Source of the DNA: Clostridia bacterium | GTDB lineage: Bacteria; Bacillota; Clostridia; Oscillospirales; CAG-272 | Assembly (NCBI GenBank): GCA_017453305.1 | Contig: JAFTKJ010000011.1 | Coordinates: forward strand, 3,729 to 67,728 | Reading direction: 5' to 3' | Length of the DNA stretch: 64,000 nt | Shown: positions 42,725 to 52,712 of the stretch, piece by piece | Numbering within the stretch: the stretch's first letter is position 1 | How the letters are laid out: each line of letters begins with the position of its first letter | Position numbers and translations under genes: made by a program | Notes under the pieces: generated by a model | Databases searched by the model: none | What the model saw: only the letters and a program-made list of their open reading frames with translations | Told to the model about the DNA's origin: nothing

Positions 42725-42936
42725 TTTTACATCCTTTATCCATTTTTTTGCGTTTGTTACAAACTTTTTCTCGGTGGTTTTTCCTGTTTTTCTAATCTTA
42801 TCCACAGCTTCAAAATACTGCCTTTGATGCCAAAATCCGTGGGTTGATTTTTCTCGTTTTTTCCTGTATAATAACAGCATGTGCGGTGGTTTTTGCATCT
42901 GACCCCCGCACAAATTCAAGCAAAGGAGTGATTGAT

Positions 42937-43824
42937 TTGGTCACAAAAACAAGAAGAAGTGCTTCCCGTGCCCACGTGCGACGATGGCTGTGCATGCTTT
43001 GTGCTACGCTGATGCTGTTTGGCGCAATGACGGTTGGTGCCGGTGCCGCCTCCTACGGTCTTCCTGCCGCAAGTACCCCCACCGAAGTGTACCTGGACGG
43101 CTATGAGGTATTGGACGGTGATTGCGTGATCTGGAGGAACACTACCTACGTTCCTCTGCGAAAATTCTGCAATCTATTTGATGAATGCAGCTTTTCGTGG
43201 AACAACAGCACGTCCACCGCTACCGTATATACCAAAAGCGGCATGACGCTGATCATCCGCTCGGGTGCGCTTTACATCTATGCCAACGGGCACTACTATT
43301 ACACGGTAGAGGAAATTCAGAATTGGGGCGGCAGCTTATACGTTCCCATTCGTCCCCTGGCTCGTGCATTCCGCTCGGAGCTGACGTGGAACGCGACACA
43401 CCGCGCCGTGGAATTGAAAACTCCCGTGGGGACACCTGCCGTCGCATGGGCAAAATACAACAGCGATGAGGTCTATTGGCTCTCGCGCATCATCTCGGCA
43501 GAATCGCGTGGGGAACCGTTCCGCGGTCAGATTGCGGTTGGAAACGTGGTGCTGAACCGCGTGCGCCACAAGTCTTACCCCAACACGATCTATGGGGTCA
43601 TTTTTGACCGCAAGCACGGGACGCAATTCTCGCCCGTGTCCTTTGGCACCATTTACAATACGCCTTCCGAATCCTCGGTGATCGCAGCTAAGATCTGCCT
43701 TGAGGGGTATTCCATTTCCAATTCTGCGCTCTTCTTTATGAATCCGCGCATTTCAACCACCAATTGGATCTCCAAAAACAGACCCTACGCCTTCACCATT
43801 GGAAAGCACGACTTTTACAATTGA
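42937..43824 (+). CDS. Cell-wall hydrolase, SleB/CwlJ (Hydrolase_2) domain with a copper-amine-oxidase-N-like stalk domain
   Basis: C-terminal RIISAESRGEPFRGQIAVGNVVLNRV...GTQFSPV. N-terminal TM/signal LCMLCATLMLFGAMTVGAGA. A TTG start at 42937 behind AAAGGAG is preferred over the upstream ORF start at 42844. Confidence 0.7.
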   Translation: MVTKTRRSASRAHVRRWLCMLCATLMLFGAMTVGAGAASYGLPAASTPTEVYLDGYEVLDGDCVIWRNTTYVPLRKFCNLFDECSFSWNNSTSTATVYTKSGMTLIIRSGALYIYANGHYYYTVEEIQNWGGSLYVPIRPLARAFRSELTWNATHRAVELKTPVGTPAVAWAKYNSDEVYWLSRIISAESRGEPFRGQIAVGNVVLNRVRHKSYPNTIYGVIFDRKHGTQFSPVSFGTIYNTPSESSVIAAKICLEGYSISNSALFFMNPRISTTNWISKNRPYAFTIGKHDFYN

Positions 43825-43839
43825 ATATCGGTACAGTAC

Positions 43840-43877
43840 GGGGATGGTTCACATACATGAGCCATCCCCGGTTTTTG
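43840..43877 (+). terminator. Terminator after the SleB-like gene
   Basis: An 8-bp stem (GGGGATGG / CCATCCCC) with a 14-nt loop is followed by GGTTTTTG. Confidence 0.55.
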
Positions 43878-43890
43878 TTCACTATGAATA

Positions 43891-44826
43891 TTAAGCGCCA
43901 AGCTGCTGGTCGCCTTCGCCTTCACCCTCGCCGCCCTCGGGTACTTCGGGTACTTCGGGAACTACGGGCTCCTCAGGCTTTTCGGTCAGCATCAGGCTTG
44001 CAATGTAATCGTTGACCTCGGTAGACTCACCTGCGTAGGTCAAGCCGCCAATGTAGAGTGCATCACTACCATGGAATGCATAGGTTCCAATGCTTGCAAC
44101 GGATGCAGGCAGTTCAATGGTTGCCAATGCGGTGCAGTTCTGGAATGCCTGCTTGAGGATCATGGAGGTACCCTCGTTTACCTTTACGGTCTCCAGTGCG
44201 GAGCAACCGTAGAAAGCAGCCTCGCCGATGGTGGCAACGGATGCGGGAATTTCAACGGCAGTCAGGGATACGCAATCCATAAATGTCGCGGTCTTGATCT
44301 CGTCGATCTTGATACCTGCCTCAAAGGCAAGAGTCTCAAGAGAGGTGCATCCAAAGAATGCGCCAACACCGATTTTATTTACATATGCGGGCAGAGTCAG
44401 GGACTTGAGAGATACGCAATCTCTGAATGCATAGTCTGCAATTGCAAAGGTGTAAGCAGACATATCAAAATCCGCATCGCCCTCAGCCAGCTCCTGCTGG
44501 GTGGGGAAGGTCAGGGAAAGAACACTGGATTTGTAGCAAAATGCTTCCTGCGCGATTCCGACTACGCGCTTACCATCCAGATATGCAGGGATCTTTACAG
44601 CGTGCGCTGCATCGATCTTACTGGAAAAGTTGGTAATTACAACGGTTTCACTATCGACGGTGTCAAAGTGGAACGTATCGTCGCCAATGGTTACAGAGGT
44701 AACGATTACGGTGTTATCCACGTACTGATCATCACCCTCATTTTCACCCTCATTGCCGTCGTTTGAGCAAGATACAACAGAGATTGCCAACAGAGCAATC
44801 AACAGAAGTGCGAGAAGTTTTTTCAT
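43891..44826 (-). CDS. Lipoprotein with BspA-type leucine-rich repeats
   Basis: Lipobox AISVVSC. Repeats of the type AFxxCxSLxxVxIPxSVxxIGxxAF. P/E-rich C-terminal tail. GGGAGGA lies upstream of ATG 44826. Confidence 0.75.
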   Translation of the reverse strand: MKKLLALLLIALLAISVVSCSNDGNEGENEGDDQYVDNTVIVTSVTIGDDTFHFDTVDSETVVITNFSSKIDAAHAVKIPAYLDGKRVVGIAQEAFCYKSSVLSLTFPTQQELAEGDADFDMSAYTFAIADYAFRDCVSLKSLTLPAYVNKIGVGAFFGCTSLETLAFEAGIKIDEIKTATFMDCVSLTAVEIPASVATIGEAAFYGCSALETVKVNEGTSMILKQAFQNCTALATIELPASVASIGTYAFHGSDALYIGGLTYAGESTEVNDYIASLMLTEKPEEPVVPEVPEVPEGGEGEGEGDQQLGA

Positions 44827-44978
44827 AATAATCCTCCCATAGAAATACATATATAAAGATTATACAAGAAAATCGGCAAAAAGTCAATAGATTTTTGCCG
44901 AATCTTTGTAAATATTTTTCATTTTCTTATTTTTCACGCCTTCCTCGGTGAAAAAAGCAAAAAAAAGAGCACTTTTGA

Positions 44979-45007
44979 TTGACAACAGGGAGCAATTGTT
45001 GTATAAT
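44979..45007 (+). promoter_or_regulatory. Consensus sigma-A promoter (TTGACA-17-TATAAT) upstream of comM
   Basis: TTGACAacagggagcaattgttgTATAAT. Confidence 0.6.
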
Positions 45008-45062
45008 TATAATGTTATTATGGTTTACAAGTAAGAGAAATCAGGAAAGGCGGTGTATCCCC

Positions 45063-46604
45063 ATGCTTTCATCCGCATACAGTGCCGGACTTTGCGGCAT
45101 AGACGGATTCCCCGTAACGGTGGAATGCAATCAAAAAAGCAATCTGGAAGGCTTTGAGCTGGTGGGACTGCCGGATCTTGCCGTAAAAGAAGCTAAGGAG
45201 CGCGTGCGCACCGCCTGCTACAACAGCGGCTACAGCTTCCCCTATGCGCGCATTACAGTCAACCTTGCTCCCGCAGACCGAAAAAAAGAGGGCTCCGCCT
45301 TTGATGCGGCAATCCTGACCTCCATCTTTCACAGCTGCGGAATCATACACAGAAGCGTTGAGCTGAACGGAAAATGCATTGTCGGTGAGCTTTCCCTATC
45401 GGGTGAAATACGCGGTGTACGCGGCATTCTTTGCATGTGCGTTGCCGCCAAAGAAAACGGCTTTTCGGAATTTTACGCTCCCGTAGCCAACGCAGAAGAA
45501 GCCGCCGCTGTAGAAGGGATCACCGTTTACGCAGTTCCCAATATGCGTGCACTTGTCATGCATCTCAACGGTGAAGCACCGCTCACCCCAATCAAGTGCA
45601 ACCGCCAAGCGTTTTCGGAGGCGTCGCGTCACCACAGCATCGACTTTGCCGACGTGCGCGGACAGGCAACCGCAAAGCGCGCAATGGAAATTGCCGCAGC
45701 AGGTGGGCACAACATTTTGCTCATCGGACCTCCCGGAACGGGAAAGTCCATGCTGGCAAAGCGTCTCCCCACCATTCTCCCTCCCCTGACCTTTGCAGAG
45801 GCAATTGAGACTACGAAGATCCATTCCGTTGCAGGTGTTCTCCCCGACGGAGTTTCTCTGCTTTCGGTGCGCCCCTTCCGCTCGCCGCATCACACCATGA
45901 GCCCCGTCAGCCTTGTGGGCGGCGGCATCAATCCGCTCCCCGGCGAGATCTCTCTTGCCGACAATGGCGTGCTCTTTTTGGATGAGCTCCCCGAATTTCC
46001 CAAGCAGGTCACCGATGCCCTGCGTCAGCCCCTGGAGGACAGAAAGGTCACTATCACCCGTGCAAACGGACGTGTGACCTTCCCCTGCTCCTTTATGCTG
46101 GTGGGCGCTATGAACCCCTGCCGTTGCGGATATTTCGGTCATCCTTCCCATAAATGCACCTGCAAGCCCATAGACGTCAAGCGCTACATCTCGCGCATCA
46201 GCGGACCGATGCTTGACCGTATGGACATCCAAATCGAGCTCCCCTCCCTTTCTTACGACGAAATTTCAACTCCCAATACGCAAGCCGAGTCCTCGGCGGT
46301 CATTCGCGAACGCGTTACCGCCGCACGCAAATATGCCGCCGAGCGCATGGACGGAGACAGTTCCGTTTTTTGCAACGCTCAGTTGGATCCTGCAGGCGTA
46401 CAGCGTTATTGCAAGCTGGACGCAGATGCTTCCGCTCTTTTGAAGGCAGCTTACGACCGCATGGGACTGAGTGCCCGTGGCTATGACCGCATTCTGCGCG
46501 TGGCACGCACCATCGCAGACCTGGATGCCTCGGAGCTGATTCGCGCAACGCACATTGCCGAAGCCATTCAACTGCGCAGTCTGGACCGCAAATATTGGGG
46601 CTAA
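45063..46604 (+). CDS. comM: YifB/ComM-family Mg-chelatase-like AAA+ protein
   Basis: Walker [20 protein letters not shown], and a Lon-like N-terminal domain. Start at [12 protein letters not shown]. Confidence 0.85.
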   Translation: MLSSAYSAGLCGIDGFPVTVECNQKSNLEGFELVGLPDLAVKEAKERVRTACYNSGYSFPYARITVNLAPADRKKEGSAFDAAILTSIFHSCGIIHRSVELNGKCIVGELSLSGEIRGVRGILCMCVAAKENGFSEFYAPVANAEEAAAVEGITVYAVPNMRALVMHLNGEAPLTPIKCNRQAFSEASRHHSIDFADVRGQATAKRAMEIAAAGGHNILLIGPPGTGKSMLAKRLPTILPPLTFAEAIETTKIHSVAGVLPDGVSLLSVRPFRSPHHTMSPVSLVGGGINPLPGEISLADNGVLFLDELPEFPKQVTDALRQPLEDRKVTITRANGRVTFPCSFMLVGAMNPCRCGYFGHPSHKCTCKPIDVKRYISRISGPMLDRMDIQIELPSLSYDEISTPNTQAESSAVIRERVTAARKYAAERMDGDSSVFCNAQLDPAGVQRYCKLDADASALLKAAYDRMGLSARGYDRILRVARTIADLDASELIRATHIAEAIQLRSLDRKYWG

Positions 46605-46624
46605 TGCGAAAAGGACTTTTTTCC

Positions 46625-48016
46625 ATGAATCTCAAACGCTTTATTGGAGACCGCGCATTTTACCGCTCGCTCCTCTCCGTCTCCGTCCCAATCATCATTC
46701 AAAACAGCATCACGAATTTTATCAGCCTATTGGATAACGTTATGGTCGGGCAGATCGGCACCGAGCAAATGTCGGGTGTATCGATTGTCAACCAATTGCT
46801 GTTCGTGTTCAATCTTTGCATTTTCGGCGCGCTTTCGGGTGCGGGATTGTTCGGTGCTCAATTTTTCGGCAAGGGCGACCGTGAAGGATTGCGATACGCG
46901 TATCGCTACAAATTCATCATCTCCCTTCTCCTCTGCGCATTGGCTTTGGGGCTGTTCCTTTTGTTGGGTGAGCCCTTGATCGCGCTCTATTTGCACGAGG
47001 GAAGCGAAACGGGCGACCTTGTAAAAACCATGCAGCACGCAAAAGAATATCTTGCCATCTCGTTGATTGGTCTCTTCCCGTATACGGTCACACAGATCTA
47101 TGCAAGCTCCTTGCGCGAGGTCAAGCACACCCTGCCTCCCATGGTGGCAGGTGTCATCGGTGTGAGCGTCAACCTCTCCTTGAATTACGTCCTCATTTTC
47201 GGAAAGCTTGGTTTTCCTGCCCTTGGAGTAGAGGGTGCCGCCATTGCTACGGTTATTTCACGATTTGTGGAGTGTACGCTCATCATTTTATGGACGCATC
47301 TGCACGCCGATCAGTGCCCTTTTATCGTTGGTGCATATCGCTCCTTGCGCGTTCCCAAGGACCTTGTACGCGCGATTACCGTAACGGGCATGCCGCTGTT
47401 AATCAATGAAACGCTGTGGGCGGCGGGGCAGGCAATGATCCTGCAATGCTACTCCTTGTGTGGCATTGCAACGGTATCGGCAATGAACATCTCGGGCACC
47501 GTGCTTAACACCTTTTCCGTCCTTTACATCGCCACGGGAAGCGCGATCTCCATTCTGCTGGGACATCGCCTTGGCTCCGGAGATAAAGAAAAAGCCATGG
47601 ACGATGCGCGCAAGATGATCGCCTTTAGCGCGGCTCTTGGCGTGGTTGCAGGGCTCTTGATTGCCGCGTGTGCCTTCTTCTTCCCCAATTTTTACAATAC
47701 CACCGACGAGGTACGCACTCTTGCTACCTGGTTTACCCTGACGGTTGCCATCGGTGCCCCCATCCACGCCATTCTCAACGGCTCTTACTTTACCCTGCGT
47801 TCGGGCGGCAAAACGATCATTACCTTTTTGTTTGACTCGGTCTACGTATGGGCAATTACCATTCCGCTCTCCCTTTGCATGATCCTGTACTCTCCTCTCC
47901 CCGTAGAGTGGATCTATATGATCTGCTACAACACCGAGATCTTCAAATGCATTTTAGGTCTTGTTTTGGTGGGGCGCGGCGTATGGCTCAACAGCTTTAC
48001 CAAACAAACCTCATAG
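46625..48016 (+). CDS. MATE-family efflux transporter
   Basis: Twelve TM helices. The N-terminus FYRSLLSVSVPIIIQNSITNFISLLDNVMVGQ is typical of MATE proteins. Confidence 0.85.
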   Translation: MNLKRFIGDRAFYRSLLSVSVPIIIQNSITNFISLLDNVMVGQIGTEQMSGVSIVNQLLFVFNLCIFGALSGAGLFGAQFFGKGDREGLRYAYRYKFIISLLLCALALGLFLLLGEPLIALYLHEGSETGDLVKTMQHAKEYLAISLIGLFPYTVTQIYASSLREVKHTLPPMVAGVIGVSVNLSLNYVLIFGKLGFPALGVEGAAIATVISRFVECTLIILWTHLHADQCPFIVGAYRSLRVPKDLVRAITVTGMPLLINETLWAAGQAMILQCYSLCGIATVSAMNISGTVLNTFSVLYIATGSAISILLGHRLGSGDKEKAMDDARKMIAFSAALGVVAGLLIAACAFFFPNFYNTTDEVRTLATWFTLTVAIGAPIHAILNGSYFTLRSGGKTIITFLFDSVYVWAITIPLSLCMILYSPLPVEWIYMICYNTEIFKCILGLVLVGRGVWLNSFTKQTS

Positions 48017-48029
48017 AAAGGATCTTTCC

Positions 48030-49199
48030 ATGACAGAGCTTTTATCAAGACTCTTTGTTAAAAACCATAAAAACGTGACCGAACCACGCGTGCGCACTGC
48101 GTACGGCGTAATGGTCAGCATCACCGGCATCGTCGTCAATCTTTTGCTCTTTCTTGCAAAATTTACGGTGGGTACGCTTTTTGGCGCCATCTCCATCGTT
48201 GCAGATGCGGTCAATAACCTCTCGGATGCAGGTACACAGATCATTTCCTTGATCTCCTTCCGCATCTCCTCCAAGCCTGCCGACCGAGAGCATCCGTTCG
48301 GACACGCGCGCATCGAATACGTTGCCTCCATGATCGTTTCCTTTCTGGTCTTGCTTGTCGGCGTTGAGCTGCTCAAAAGCTCGATCCAACAGATCTTTTC
48401 CCCCGAGCGTCCCGAAAGCTCTCCCATTGCCATTGCCGTGCTGATCGGCTCGATCCTCTTCAAGCTTTGGTTAGCGCTCTTCAATCGTACCATTGGAAAG
48501 CGAATCAACTCCTCGGTCATGCGTGCTACCGCCGCCGATAGTCTCTCCGACGTGCTTTCCACCTCGGCTGTCCTTGTTGCCTCGGTCATCCCACTGTTCT
48601 TCCAAGACATTTCCTGGAATCCCGACGCATATATGGGTGTAATCGTGGCTGTTCTGATTTTGGTAGCGGGCATCCGCATTCTCAACGATGCCAAAAATTC
48701 GATTCTCGGAGAAGCCCCCTCGGACGAGATCGTTCAAACCATTGCTGACACCATTGCAAAATACCCCGCCGCCTTGGGCATTCACGATATGATCGTCCAC
48801 AACTACGGCCCCGGGCATATCATTGCCAGCCTGCACGTTGAGGTGGACGGAAAAGTAGACGTTTTTGAGACCCACGATATCATTGACACCATTGAAAAGG
48901 AGCTGCGAACCGATTGCGGCATTGAGGCAACCATTCACATGGACCCCATCGTCACCGACGACGCACAGATCAATCACCTGCGACAAAAAGCACTGCAAGC
49001 CGTAAAAAACGTAGACGAAGCCCTGCAGATCCATGATTTCCGCTTTGTCTGCGGCAAGTCGCACTCCAATCTGATTTTTGACGTGGTCGTTCCCTTTGAG
49101 GTCAAGCTGACCGACGAGGAGATCAAGCGCGCGGTTGCAACCGAGATTAGCCGCATTGACCCCAACTATTTTACGGTTCTTACCATCGACCGCTGCTAA
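48030..49199 (+). CDS. Cation diffusion facilitator (CDF) family metal exporter
   Basis: IVADAVNNLSDAGT, DREHPFGHARIEY, and a C-terminal cytoplasmic domain. AGAAAGGA lies upstream. Confidence 0.85.
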   Translation: MTELLSRLFVKNHKNVTEPRVRTAYGVMVSITGIVVNLLLFLAKFTVGTLFGAISIVADAVNNLSDAGTQIISLISFRISSKPADREHPFGHARIEYVASMIVSFLVLLVGVELLKSSIQQIFSPERPESSPIAIAVLIGSILFKLWLALFNRTIGKRINSSVMRATAADSLSDVLSTSAVLVASVIPLFFQDISWNPDAYMGVIVAVLILVAGIRILNDAKNSILGEAPSDEIVQTIADTIAKYPAALGIHDMIVHNYGPGHIIASLHVEVDGKVDVFETHDIIDTIEKELRTDCGIEATIHMDPIVTDDAQINHLRQKALQAVKNVDEALQIHDFRFVCGKSHSNLIFDVVVPFEVKLTDEEIKRAVATEISRIDPNYFTVLTIDRC

Positions 49200-49233
49200 A
49201 AATAAAAATATTGGATTATTTTTCACAAACATA

Positions 49234-49262
49234 TTGCAATTCACCATTTTGTGTGGTATAAT
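49234..49262 (+). promoter_or_regulatory. Sigma-A promoter (TTGCAA-17-TATAAT, TGn) upstream of the acyl-CoA ligase
   Basis: TTGCAAttcaccattttgtgtggTATAAT. Confidence 0.6.
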
Positions 49263-49324
49263 ATTCCCGAAGATGTGGTTTTAAAAACCGCAAACAAAAA
49301 ACATTACGGAAAGGTGGTTTGAAT

Positions 49325-51037
49325 ATGAAAGTATACAAGAACTATCCCGTTGAAAAAATCACCGATTTCAGACAGATGTACCGCGCCTCTGTCGATCGTT
49401 TTGGCGACAAGACGCTCTTTCGCCAAAAGGAAAACGGCTCCTACAAGGACTATTCCTACCGGCAGTACGGCGCTGACGTAGAGGCTCTTGGAACAGAGCT
49501 TTGCGCGCGCGGACTGATGGGACGTCGCATTATTTTAATGGGCGAAAACTGCTATGCATGGGTCACCGCCTATATGGCGATTACGTGCGGCATCGGTACG
49601 GTGATCCCCGTGGATAAGGATCTGTCCGCAGAGGAGCTTGCAAACGTTGCAACCGTTACGGAGGCTTCGGCAATCGTTTACTCGGCTAACTGCACCGAGA
49701 AGGTCAACAGCCTTGAAAAGGACGTTGCACGCATCTGCTTTGACGAATTTCCCGCCATGATCACCGCAGGAAACCAACGCATCATCGATGGTGACCGCAC
49801 CTTCCTGGACGCACCGATCGACCCGGATGTGATGAGCGTGCTCATCTTCACCTCGGGCACCACGGGCGTTTCCAAGGGCGTTATGCTCTCTCAGCGCAAC
49901 ATCTGCTTCAACCTCTCGGAGATGTGCCAGATGATCTACATTGACGAAAACGACGTTTTCCTCTCCGTTCTTCCCCTGCACCACGTTTACGAGTGCACCT
50001 GCGGCTTCCTCTGCCCGATCTATCGCGGCAGCACCGTTGCCTTCTCCGAAGGATTGCGCTACGTTGCGCGCAATTTGCAGGAGGTCAGCCCCACGGTCGT
50101 GCTTTGCGTTCCGTTGCTGATGGAAACACTCTATCACCGCGTGTGGGCAGGCATCCGCAAGCAGGGATTGGAGAAAAAGGTCAATACGATGATCAAAATG
50201 ACCAACGCAATCCCTTCTGTCAAAAGCAGAACCGCGGCAAAGCGTCGCGTATTTGCAAAGATCCACAAGAATTTCGGTGGTAAGCTCCGCATTATGATCT
50301 CGGGTGGTGCATCCGCTGACCCCGAGGTGCTCCGCGGCTTGCGCGACCTTGGCATTCACGCATACCAGGGCTACGGCTTGACCGAGTGCGCCCCCTTGGC
50401 GGCACTTAACCGTGAGTTCTTCTTCAACGATGCTTCCGCAGGTATGGCAACGCCAAATGCCCTATTGGACATTTACGACGTGCAGGATGACGGAACGGGT
50501 GAGATCCGCTTTAAGGGGGACAACGTCATGCTCGGTTATTTCAACATGCCGGAATTGACGCGTGAGGTCATCCGCGACGGATGGTTCTACACGGGCGACC
50601 TGGGATACATGGATGAGGACGGGTGCCTTTATATCACGGGGCGCAAAAAGAACGTCATCGTAACCTCCAGCGGAAAAAATATCTTTCCCGAGGAGCTGGA
50701 GACCTACCTCAACCGCAATTCCTTCATCAAGGAATGCGTGGTGGTTGGATACCTCAATGATAAAAAGCATGACTATGATGTGGTAGCACTGATCCATCCC
50801 GACTATGATAAGCTGACCGAGGTCTATGGCAAGCAATACACCAAGGGACAGCTGGATCTGGAAATGAAACGTGCAATCTCCACCGTCAACGGCATTGTGC
50901 AATCCTATAAGCGCATTGAATCCTACTTGATCCGCACCGAGGAATTCCCCAAGAACTCCTCCCGAAAGATCAAGCGCGCAGGCATTGCAGAGAGCGCATA
51001 TGATGATTATCTAAAGATAAAAGCACAAAAATCATAA
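49325..51037 (+). CDS. AMP-dependent synthetase/ligase (long-chain acyl-CoA synthetase-like)
   Basis: IFTSGTTGVSKGVMLS, YGLTE and YTGDLGYMDEDGCLYITGRKK motifs. Confidence 0.85.
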   Translation: MKVYKNYPVEKITDFRQMYRASVDRFGDKTLFRQKENGSYKDYSYRQYGADVEALGTELCARGLMGRRIILMGENCYAWVTAYMAITCGIGTVIPVDKDLSAEELANVATVTEASAIVYSANCTEKVNSLEKDVARICFDEFPAMITAGNQRIIDGDRTFLDAPIDPDVMSVLIFTSGTTGVSKGVMLSQRNICFNLSEMCQMIYIDENDVFLSVLPLHHVYECTCGFLCPIYRGSTVAFSEGLRYVARNLQEVSPTVVLCVPLLMETLYHRVWAGIRKQGLEKKVNTMIKMTNAIPSVKSRTAAKRRVFAKIHKNFGGKLRIMISGGASADPEVLRGLRDLGIHAYQGYGLTECAPLAALNREFFFNDASAGMATPNALLDIYDVQDDGTGEIRFKGDNVMLGYFNMPELTREVIRDGWFYTGDLGYMDEDGCLYITGRKKNVIVTSSGKNIFPEELETYLNRNSFIKECVVVGYLNDKKHDYDVVALIHPDYDKLTEVYGKQYTKGQLDLEMKRAISTVNGIVQSYKRIESYLIRTEEFPKNSSRKIKRAGIAESAYDDYLKIKAQKS

Positions 51038-51061
51038 AATCGAGACACGGTAATAAAACAA

Positions 51062-51100
51062 CCGGCGGCAAGACTTTTCGGTCTTGCCGCCGATTATTTT
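51062..51100. terminator. Bidirectional terminator between the ligase and the convergent lipoprotein gene
   Basis: A 12-bp stem (CGGCGGCAAGAC / GTCTTGCCGCCG) with T-rich flanks on both strands. Confidence 0.75.
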
Positions 51101-51131
51101 GTACTGATTCTCAATCGAATGTATTCAAGGC

Positions 51132-51476
51132 TCAGCCAAACAAAGGCTCTCCTTTGGAAGGATCCGATTGGCGAACGCTGATTGCCTCCACCACGTATGC
51201 ATATAAACCCACGCCGCCTGCAATGCTTGGATACGTTCCGCTGCTCTCCTTCAGATCTTCTTCTTTGTATTCGATCACGATCGTGTCAAACACCGATATT
51301 TGATCCGCGTTCTCGCATTTTACGTAGATGTCCTCTTCAAAGCCGTTCACACTGACAAACACACCATCCTCTGTCACCTGCGAAACGTAACCGTACATAG
51401 TTTGTTTACTATTAGCACAACCAAACAAGAGCAACACACTTACCATCAATAATAACGTCGCAACTGCTTTTTTCAT
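51132..51476 (-). CDS. Small lipoprotein of unknown function (114 aa)
   Basis: Lipobox LLLFGC. GGAGGTAGA lies upstream of the ATG. Confidence 0.7.
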   Translation of the reverse strand: MKKAVATLLLMVSVLLLFGCANSKQTMYGYVSQVTEDGVFVSVNGFEEDIYVKCENADQISVFDTIVIEYKEEDLKESSGTYPSIAGGVGLYAYVVEAISVRQSDPSKGEPLFG

Positions 51477-51502
51477 AACATCTACCTCCGTTTTCTATAT
51501 TT

Positions 51503-51551
51503 TTGACCTTGTGGTCAATTCCATTATAGCACGACTTCATTTTTTTGTCAA
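51503..51551 (-). promoter_or_regulatory. Consensus sigma-A promoter (TTGACA-17-TATAAT), with the palindrome TTGACC-TTGT-GGTCAA just downstream of the -10
   Basis: Minus strand reads TTGACAaaaaaatgaagtcgtgcTATAAT (51523..51551). The palindrome lies at 51503..51518, at about +5 to +20. Confidence 0.55.
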
Positions 51552-51623
51552 TACTTTATTCGAAGATGCGTCTCTTGCCCCCGAGACTTGACCCATGCCA
51601 TATCTTTTGTGGCTTGTAACGAC

Positions 51624-51675
51624 GAAAAGAGCAAGCAGAAAAGGAGAAAAAATCCCGTTCTGCTTGCTCTTTTCT
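51624..51675. terminator. Terminator after rsgA
   Basis: A 13-bp stem (AGAGCAAGCAGAA / TTCTGCTTGCTCT) is followed by a T-run on both strands. Confidence 0.8.
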
Positions 51676-51731
51676 TATTGACAGGTCAATGAAATTGCAC
51701 CGTGGATATACCGCAAGGCAATTCCTGTACC

Positions 51732-52709
51732 TTACCACTTCGTTTTCTTTTTCAGCACCTCGTAAAGGGAGAGAAAGCTTTGGTGGCGTGTGGGGGCGAT
51801 TTCACCGCGTTTGACAGCCCCGAGGATGGCACAGCCCTCCTCTTTAGTATGGGAGCATTTGGTGTAACGGCACTCGCCGATGTATGGCACAAACTCCCGA
51901 AAGGTTTGCGGGAGCGCCTCCTTGTCAAAAAAGTCAAAGCGTTCAAAATCCAGCATGGTAAAGCCGGGCGTATCCGCGAGGTAGCCACAGGTCTCCTCGT
52001 TGGAAAGCGGATAGAGCGAAACCTGCCGCGTGGTGTTTTTACCGCGCTCGATACGGCGGCTGATCTCACCCGTTTCCAAATGCAATTCGGGGAAAAGACG
52101 ATTGAGCAACGTGGATTTCCCGACACCAGAGGCACCGGAAAACGCCGCGATCTTTCCATTTGTAATTGCACAAACACGCGCACGCAGGGCATCGTGATCC
52201 ATTCCCTCTCCCACGCAAAAGACCTCAAAGCCCGAAAGGCGGTAAATACCTGCCAGCTCCTCTGCATAGGCGCTTGAAAGCTCGCTCTTGGTCACTACGA
52301 TCACGGGCTCGATGCCGTTGTGCTCCGCGATGCAAAGCAGCTTATCCACCGTTTCAAGGATCGGCTCCGGCGAGGCTGCTGCAAGCGTAACAAACAAAAT
52401 ATCCAGGTTTGCCATAGGCGGACGAATGAGCGCATTCTTGCGCGTGCGGATGCGGTCGATCGCAAGCCCCGTGCCGTCCTCGGCGCACACGGTCTTGCCG
52501 TCCTCGGTAAGCGAGAACGCGGTGTGATCGTAGCTGACGTCCACAAGATCCCCTACCAAAAGGGCTCCCTTGCGATGCAAGCTACCGCGTCCACGCCCCG
52601 TGACCGTCATTCCGTCCAAGGGCATCGGCTCACGCGAGGCGTCCGAAAACAGACGCACCGTAAACAGTCCGCCATTGCTGTTGATCACTCTTCCAAAGCC
52701 TTGATACAT
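51732..52709 (-). CDS. rsgA: Ribosome small-subunit-dependent GTPase A
   Basis: GASGVGKSTLLNRL, DTPGF, and zinc knuckle CRYTKCSHTKEEGCA. Confidence 0.9.
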   Translation of the reverse strand: MYQGFGRVINSNGGLFTVRLFSDASREPMPLDGMTVTGRGRGSLHRKGALLVGDLVDVSYDHTAFSLTEDGKTVCAEDGTGLAIDRIRTRKNALIRPPMANLDILFVTLAAASPEPILETVDKLLCIAEHNGIEPVIVVTKSELSSAYAEELAGIYRLSGFEVFCVGEGMDHDALRARVCAITNGKIAAFSGASGVGKSTLLNRLFPELHLETGEISRRIERGKNTTRQVSLYPLSNEETCGYLADTPGFTMLDFERFDFFDKEALPQTFREFVPYIGECRYTKCSHTKEEGCAILGAVKRGEIAPTRHQSFLSLYEVLKKKTKW

Positions 52710-52712
52710 CCT

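Noticed and set aside
44872-44900. A hairpin CGGCAAAAA-N9-TTTTTGCCG upstream of the LRR lipoprotein gene.
   Set aside because: The stem is AT-rich and lies in a divergent promoter region with no upstream gene to terminate. No function can be argued from sequence alone.
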